Shown piece after piece: positions 29,272 through 34,384 of a stretch of 34,384 bases of DNA. A program made the translations under genes and the position numbers. Location: assembly GCA_032127155.1 (NCBI GenBank), contig JAQAZV010000260.1, positions 1 through 34,384 of the forward strand. Reading direction: 5' to 3'. The notes beneath the pieces were generated by a model. The model was not told where the DNA came from, made no database searches, and worked only from the letters and a program-made list of their open reading frames with translations. Each line of letters opens with the position of its first letter. Within the stretch, counting starts at the first letter, position 1. The stretch is from Acidimicrobiia bacterium (GTDB taxonomy: Bacteria; Actinomycetota; Acidimicrobiia; Spongiisociales; UBA5794).

Positions 29272-29449
29272 GCCGATTGCCCTTCTTGGGCTTCTTGGCA
29301 TCCCTCGTTGTGTTGTGTGCGTGCGCGAGATGGATGTCCATCTCGGACTGGCGTACGCGCATCGTGCACTTCGAACAGGTGGTGAGCGGGTCACCACTGC
29401 CCGTCGGTGCGTCGTGGGACGGTGCGTCGTAGGACGCGTCAGTCGTCAC
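29255..29449 (-). CDS. Small C2H2-like zinc-finger protein with basic tail
   Basis: CSKC-x11-HLAHAH followed by KKPKKGNRRDRDR. Its GTG shares one base with the RRM gene stop (TAG/GTG). High GC3. Confidence 0.65.
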   Translation of the reverse strand: MTTDASYDAPSHDAPTGSGDPLTTCSKCTMRVRQSEMDIHLAHAHNTTRDAKKPKKGNRRDRDR

Positions 29450-29697
29450 TACCGACGCTTGGGCTGGGCTTCATTGACGGCGATGTTGCGACCGTCGAGG
29501 TCCTTGCCATCAAGGTCCCGAATGGCGTCGCGACCCTTTGCGGAATCGGCGAGCTCGACGAAGCCGAAGCCCCGTGAACGGCCGGTCTCACGGTCGGTGA
29601 TCACCGCGACCGAATCGATGTCGCCGTAATCGGCGAACAGCGAACGGAGGTCGGACTCTGTGGCACTGAATGGCAGGTTGCCAACGAAGATGTTCAT
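29449..29697 (-). CDS. Single-domain RRM RNA-binding protein (Rbp type)
   Basis: RNP2 IFVGNL, RNP1 RGFGFVEL, DRETGRSRG and GRNIAVNEA. GAAAGAG RBS. Confidence 0.96.
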   Translation of the reverse strand: MNIFVGNLPFSATESDLRSLFADYGDIDSVAVITDRETGRSRGFGFVELADSAKGRDAIRDLDGKDLDGRNIAVNEAQPKRR

Positions 29698-29857
29698 TGC
29701 GAATCACTCTTTCTGTGGTGAAGGACACTGTGCCCTTCGTGGAGTAGATGTCCCGGAACCGACTCTGATGCAGTCCGGTCCGTGAACGAAGAAAGAACGA
29801 GTCGCCGCCGATGCAGCTGATGGTGAGGCTATCACCCTGCCGGCGCAACTCACCGTA
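29698..29857 (-). promoter_or_regulatory. Putative -10 box (TACGGT) and about 145 nt structured 5' leader of the RRM gene
   Basis: Minus-strand TACGGT at 29852-29857. Hairpins at 29822-29836 (GGTGA/TCACC) and 29720-29738 (GAAGGGCA/TGTCCTTC), the latter close to the RBS. Confidence 0.5.
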
Positions 29858-29975
29858 TCCACTCGCTTGCACATCTGAACGATGTCGCACCGATCCCTCC
29901 AGGGGGCGTCGCGCGAACCAGCGTCGATCGTCCCACTCCACCTGGTGAGTCCGTGGGATGGGCATACTGCACGTC

Positions 29976-31064
29976 GTGCCTGCACACATCGACATCGTTG
30001 CGTACCGATCCGAGTGGCCCAACGAGTTCCGTGGCGTCGCTGCCGAGATCAGCAGCGTCCTTGGCGATCATGCGATCACGATCCACCATATCGGCTCCAC
30101 CAGTGTTCCCGGTCTCGCTGCCAAGGACATCATCGACGTCCAGGTATCCGTCCTTGATATCGACGACCCTCATCTGAGGCCGGGGCTCGAGGCCGCAGGG
30201 TTCGTGTGGCGAGGCGACATCACCAGAGATCACACGCCGCCCGGAACACTCCCACTGCCCGAGGACCTCGAGAAGCGGTATGCCCAGCGATTGGATTCGC
30301 CCAAGGTGAATTGCCATGTCCGCGTCCCCGGTCGCCCCAATCATCGGTACGCGCTGCTGTTTCGTGACTTCCTGAGGAGCAGTGAGGCTGCGGCCCAAGC
30401 GTATGCGGAGGTGAAACGCCAATTGGCCGGTCATTTCCCCAACGACGTTGATGCGTACTACGACGTCAAGGACCCGGTCATGGACATCATCTACGCCGCA
30501 GCGGAGGGATGGGCTGCAACGACCGAATGGACGGAACCTGCGATCCCGATCACGGCCAGTGATTGGACACTGAAGCACCGACGCGACAGGGATCTCTTCT
30601 TCGGGCACCACTTCGCCTCTCCGCTGCCCGCGGAGGCACGGCCAGGGTTCTCAGGGCTCCGCTATTTCGACATCGAGCCGGCGTGGCGATGCGAAGGCGA
30701 GTTCATACCGATTGCCGAGCGTCTGGTCGATGTGCCCTCGACCTCCGGGGTGGCGAGCCGTTACCGACATGTCGGCGATGCATCGGTCGCCATTCCAGGT
30801 CACCGATTGCGACTCATGGTCCTCGACGACGGCGATGGCGGACGATTCATCCCGTTCACGGACGAGACGGCAGGTGTCGAGACATATGGCGGGGCACGCT
30901 ATGTGGGCATCGAAGAACACGGGGATGGCATGCTGACCGTCGACTTCAACGAAGCCCACAACCCGTGGTGTGTATACGACGACGAGTTCGTGTGCCCACT
31001 GGCTCCACCGCAGAATGCAATCGCTCTTCGGGTGGTTGCAGGCGAACAGGACTACCGACCCTGA
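29976..31064 (+). CDS. Fusion of GrpB/UPF0157 nucleotidyltransferase-like domain and DUF1684 domain
   Basis: N half: Y..EWP..F, HHIGSTSVPGLAAKDIIDVQV, LLFRDFLR, AYAEVKRQLA. C half: FSGLRYF, PFTDETAGVETYGGARY, DFNEAHNPWCVY..CPLAPPQN..AGE. Confidence 0.88.
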   Translation: MPAHIDIVAYRSEWPNEFRGVAAEISSVLGDHAITIHHIGSTSVPGLAAKDIIDVQVSVLDIDDPHLRPGLEAAGFVWRGDITRDHTPPGTLPLPEDLEKRYAQRLDSPKVNCHVRVPGRPNHRYALLFRDFLRSSEAAAQAYAEVKRQLAGHFPNDVDAYYDVKDPVMDIIYAAAEGWAATTEWTEPAIPITASDWTLKHRRDRDLFFGHHFASPLPAEARPGFSGLRYFDIEPAWRCEGEFIPIAERLVDVPSTSGVASRYRHVGDASVAIPGHRLRLMVLDDGDGGRFIPFTDETAGVETYGGARYVGIEEHGDGMLTVDFNEAHNPWCVYDDEFVCPLAPPQNAIALRVVAGEQDYRP

Positions 31065-31070
31065 GGCCCG

Positions 31071-32540
31071 TCAGTTGTAGTGCTTGAGCTCGTCCCATAC
31101 GCTCGACAGGGGTGCCGATGGCGACCGACACAGCCACACCTCGGTCCCATTCTCGTCGTTGGCGACGTCAGCGTCGTTCGAAATCACGGCGACGACCTCG
31201 ATGACGGGGCAGATTTCATCGATCGCAGGTCCAACACGTCCAATCCCGATGATGACCGAGCTCTCACCTGCAGGGGGTCCCCAGAGCCAGTAGTTGTTGT
31301 GGCCTGACACCGGCTGGGGAAGCGCGTCGGACAGCACTTCTATCGCACCGGCCTGACCGTAGTTCGAGGTGAGAACTGCAGCCGATTCCCTCTCGGCTTC
31401 GGAAAGGTCCAGGAACACGGCCTCGATCTGGTCGACGAGTTGATCCCACGCATAGGTCTCGCCGAGTTCGCCGTTCACCTCATTGAATGCATCGACAGAT
31501 TCTGGGGGAACGAGCGGGAGGGCAATGAACAGCCCGAGGACTGCGCCCATTCCGACCAGGGCCACAGTGGTCCTCCGCACCCACCTGCGTGAGGACTCCA
31601 GCCACACCGCCCCGCCGGCAAGGAGGGGCACGTAGAGCGGAGCCACGTAGTAGCCCTTCCCACCGGTTGCGAAGTACACCACGAAGAGCAGGACGAACGC
31701 GATCGGGAACACCCGCCACCTGCGACCGGCCGGGTCCCTGGAAAGCCACACGGCACCTCCAATCGTCGGAATGACGAGGAAGAACGAAAGGATGGCGATC
31801 TGGAGCAGGACGTACTCGAACGGCCCATCCGATGACCGACGAAGCGCCGCAGCCATCTCGAACTGCGGCCACCCTTGCGTAGCCTGCCATGCAAGGTTCG
31901 GAAGCGCGATCAGGATCGCGACCCCGGCGCCCAACCATGGCATCGGTCCCCGAAGGACTGATCGGGCGGGGGTCAGCAGCAACCCGATGAGGAGGACGAC
32001 GCCCAGGGACGCGATCGTGTACTTGTTCACCATTCCGACGCCGACGAGGCCCCCAACCACGATCCATAGGCGTGGATCGGCACCGTCGATGATCGCGGCA
32101 ACCGCTGCACACACACCGACCCAGATGAGGACATCGAAGGTGGTCGTGCTCAGGAGGTGACCGACGGCGAGATAGAAGCCTCCAACCGCAGCGAATCCTG
32201 CTCCGAGGGCCACGGCTCGGGAACCACCCCCGAATCTCCGAGTGAGCACGCCAGCCAGGACGACGAGCCCAGCAGCCGAAAGCGCAGGAACGACCCTGAG
32301 GACCGAGGGGGACACGCCACCGGGGAGGAGATCGGCCAGTCGCGCGACGAGCGGTGTCAGCGGGGGTTGGTCGACGAATCCCCAGGCGAGCCGGCGCCCT
32401 GCGGCAATGAAATACAGCTCGTCGCGATGAAACCCGTACCGAGATGACACTCCGAGGAGGATGACGAATACCGCGGCCGCAGCGATCCATACGCCAAGCG
32501 GCAGGGGCCGCCGGTTGTCGCCACCTTCTCTGGCATCCAC
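31071..32540 (-). CDS. GT-C fold membrane glycosyltransferase (PMT_2 / ArnT-like, GT39/83)
   Basis: YGFHRDELYF, LAWGFVDQPPL, NKYT, LPNLAWQ..GWP, GKGYY, NYGQAGA and SGHNNYWLWGPP. GAGGAGG RBS before GTG 32540. Confidence 0.9.
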   Translation of the reverse strand: MDAREGGDNRRPLPLGVWIAAAAVFVILLGVSSRYGFHRDELYFIAAGRRLAWGFVDQPPLTPLVARLADLLPGGVSPSVLRVVPALSAAGLVVLAGVLTRRFGGGSRAVALGAGFAAVGGFYLAVGHLLSTTTFDVLIWVGVCAAVAAIIDGADPRLWIVVGGLVGVGMVNKYTIASLGVVLLIGLLLTPARSVLRGPMPWLGAGVAILIALPNLAWQATQGWPQFEMAAALRRSSDGPFEYVLLQIAILSFFLVIPTIGGAVWLSRDPAGRRWRVFPIAFVLLFVVYFATGGKGYYVAPLYVPLLAGGAVWLESSRRWVRRTTVALVGMGAVLGLFIALPLVPPESVDAFNEVNGELGETYAWDQLVDQIEAVFLDLSEAERESAAVLTSNYGQAGAIEVLSDALPQPVSGHNNYWLWGPPAGESSVIIGIGRVGPAIDEICPVIEVVAVISNDADVANDENGTEVWLCRSPSAPLSSVWDELKHYN

Positions 32541-32699
32541 GGGTCCTCCTCTCGACGTTCGTCGCCGGACGAACAGCCTCCGACAGATCACCATTGAAGC
32601 AGCGGTCTGTGTCCGTTTGATAGATCCTGAGATCCTGACTGCGCAACTCTGTTTATGCTTGGCTCGTGTGTCGACGGCGACTGACAAGGAGTTGACGCC

Positions 32700-33704
32700 A
32701 TGACAACGGCTACGAAGTCCACCCCACCCCAGGCAGCACCCAAGGGAAGAACCGCTCGCATTGTCGCCGGGAGTCTCGCGATTCTCGTCGGCGTCGTGTT
32801 CATCGCGGTCACCCTGATCAACAATCTCTTTGCTGTGGGGCCTGCCTTTGAGGACATGATCGATGACTTCCGACCGATACTGACTGATGAGGCCCTCGGT
32901 ACAGCATCGGCTGATGTCGCCACGCTCCAATCGGCAGGCGAGGAATTCCAGACGACCATCGTCCCTGCGATGTCGCAAGCGCTCGGCATGACCCCCGAAC
33001 AGTTCACCGGCATGGTGCAGGAGAACTATCCGGCGGTCGCACAGGGAATGGCAGCCCTCCCTGACATCACCGCCACGTTCTCAGGTCTGATCCAGACCCT
33101 GGACAGCCAGCAGGAGCTGTTTGCGTCTGCCGATGCCATTCCGACCGAGAACCTCCCAGCGACCACCGTTCCCTGGATCATCACGATCTCGGGGATTCTT
33201 GCCATCGTGGCGGGAATCCTCCTGCTTCGACCCGGTCGGGCGGGCGGGATCACGGCCGTCGTCCTTGGCGGCGTACTCCTGGTGGTGACCTTTGCACTCA
33301 GCCTTCCCCAGAAGGCTGCGGACGCCGATCAACTGAACGAGAACCTGCAACCCGTCTACACGCAGGAACTGATCGACGGTGCGACCGTGGCACTCCAAAC
33401 GGTGGGCGCGATGGGCCAGCAGATGCAGGCCCAGATGTTGCCCGATCTCGCTGGACAGCTCGGGATGAACGAGGAACAGCTCGGTGCGTTCATGGCGGAG
33501 AACTTCCCCGCGACCGCCGCAGCGATGCAGACGATGGAAGCGTCCCTGCAGAACTTCTCCGGCATGGTGGAGATCTTTGCCCAGAACCTCGAGAACTACG
33601 AGACCATCCAACCGGTCAGCTTCACGCCCATCATCTGGATGATGGTCATCGGAGCCGTTGTGATCCTTGGAGCTGGCGGAGCGGTGCTCGTCGTCACCCG
33701 CTGA
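32700..33704 (+). CDS. Hypothetical 4-TM membrane protein built from an internal duplication
   Basis: AAGGAG RBS. Two TM-loop-TM halves with matching motifs P.MSQALGMTPEQF..MVQENYPA and P.LAGQLGMNEEQL..FMAENFPA. Confidence 0.85.
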   Translation: MTTATKSTPPQAAPKGRTARIVAGSLAILVGVVFIAVTLINNLFAVGPAFEDMIDDFRPILTDEALGTASADVATLQSAGEEFQTTIVPAMSQALGMTPEQFTGMVQENYPAVAQGMAALPDITATFSGLIQTLDSQQELFASADAIPTENLPATTVPWIITISGILAIVAGILLLRPGRAGGITAVVLGGVLLVVTFALSLPQKAADADQLNENLQPVYTQELIDGATVALQTVGAMGQQMQAQMLPDLAGQLGMNEEQLGAFMAENFPATAAAMQTMEASLQNFSGMVEIFAQNLENYETIQPVSFTPIIWMMVIGAVVILGAGGAVLVVTR

Positions 33705-33724
33705 CCTCCACAGACCCACCATCA

Positions 33725-33754
33725 CGAGAGGGACCCCTATTGGGGTCCCTCTCG
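33725..33754. terminator. Perfect hairpin between convergent genes (probable bidirectional terminator)
   Basis: CGAGAGGGACCCC-TATT-GGGGTCCCTCTCG, perfect 13 bp stem. Confidence 0.85.
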
Positions 33755-33786
33755 GTGTGCTACAGCTGCCACAGGGGCAGCACCGG

Positions 33787-34203
33787 TCAATCGTCGGCCG
33801 ATGCGGTCCGCATATCGACGTCCCGCATTCCAAACCCGATCAACGTGAACAGGACGCCGATCAGGATGGCCATCCCAGCAACGCCGAAGGCAACGATCGA
33901 CGTGAACAGCGATGCCTGAAGGAACGCTGCACTCTGGGCAACTGCCCGCAGCGGATCCTCCCTGTCGAGCTCGGAATACCGCAGCCCGCCCGTTGCTTCG
34001 AGTGCGTGCTTGTCGATGACCTTCGCTTCGCAATAGGCACTGAAGGGTCCGTTGACCTCATCCCCTGCGAGACACGACGCGTCCTCGGATACCGTGATGT
34101 TCTGATCGCCAAGCGTGTTGCTGACCAGAACCCAGGTTCCGATACCAGCCACGATCAGCAGGGCACCGATCACAATCGATGCAATGGCTGAAGCCTTCCT
34201 CAT
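33787..34203 (-). CDS. Conserved actinobacterial 2-TM membrane protein (family often labelled 'aromatic ring-opening dioxygenase LigA')
   Basis: GPFSAYCEA.VIDKHAL..TGG..Y.EL and FLQASLFTSIVAFGV. GAGAGGGG RBS and TAGGCT -10 before ATG 34203. Confidence 0.8.
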   Translation of the reverse strand: MRKASAIASIVIGALLIVAGIGTWVLVSNTLGDQNITVSEDASCLAGDEVNGPFSAYCEAKVIDKHALEATGGLRYSELDREDPLRAVAQSAAFLQASLFTSIVAFGVAGMAILIGVLFTLIGFGMRDVDMRTASADD

Positions 34204-34384
34204 GCATTCCCCTCTCGTGTTGAGGCCGTGCAGCCTAGGTGCGCCGGTTGGGACCAACGAGCAGAGCAGGAGTTGGATCCCCTGCATGTCGTTGGATGTA
34301 CGATGCGCGCGTAATCGAAGCGTCGGAGCGAAGGATTTCGATCACGGTGAAGCGGGACGTCAAGCCAATCGTTGCGATTGTCGC

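Noticed and set aside
29026-29385. Cys-containing plus-strand ORF of 119 aa, and GAGGAGGG-ATG near 29237
   Set aside because: The ORF reads as the antisense shadow of the Sm-like ORF. The ATG after the SD-like run is followed by a stop after one codon.

Overview
High-GC (about 65% by eye) bacterial chromosomal segment. Gene content and TANNNT/leaderless promoter style suggest an actinobacterium, probably Acidimicrobiia-like (inference). It is densely coding, with about 28 CDS and no recognisable rRNA, tRNA, IS or CRISPR. From left to right: a classical glycogen cluster (partial glgB, glgC, glgA, glgX, glgP, malQ); an Abhydrolase_9 protein; an orphan arginine deiminase; an MFS transporter; a TolB-like lipoprotein; a stand-alone Lon N-domain protein; a GshB-like ATP-grasp ligase / N-formylglutamate amidohydrolase / QEGLA (MATCAP-like) metallopeptidase trio; a Cys-less desulfurase-like PLP enzyme; a TM-helix membrane protein; an FAD oxidoreductase; CorA; an SLC12-like cation-chloride cotransporter; an ECF sigma / anti-sigma pair; three tiny linked genes (RRM, C2H2-like finger, Sm/Hfq-like); a GrpB-DUF1684 fusion; a GT-C glycosyltransferase; and two membrane proteins. 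Two candidates stand out as possibly undescribed systems. (1) The ligase plus two-hydrolase trio could be an amino-acid tagging/untagging cycle, and its metallopeptidase appears to carry a catalytically dead copy of the neighbouring amidohydrolase. (2) The RRM + zinc finger + Sm-like mini-operon sits behind a long structured leader and could be an RNA-chaperone module in a phylum lacking canonical Hfq. All family assignments come from motif recognition by eye, not database searches.
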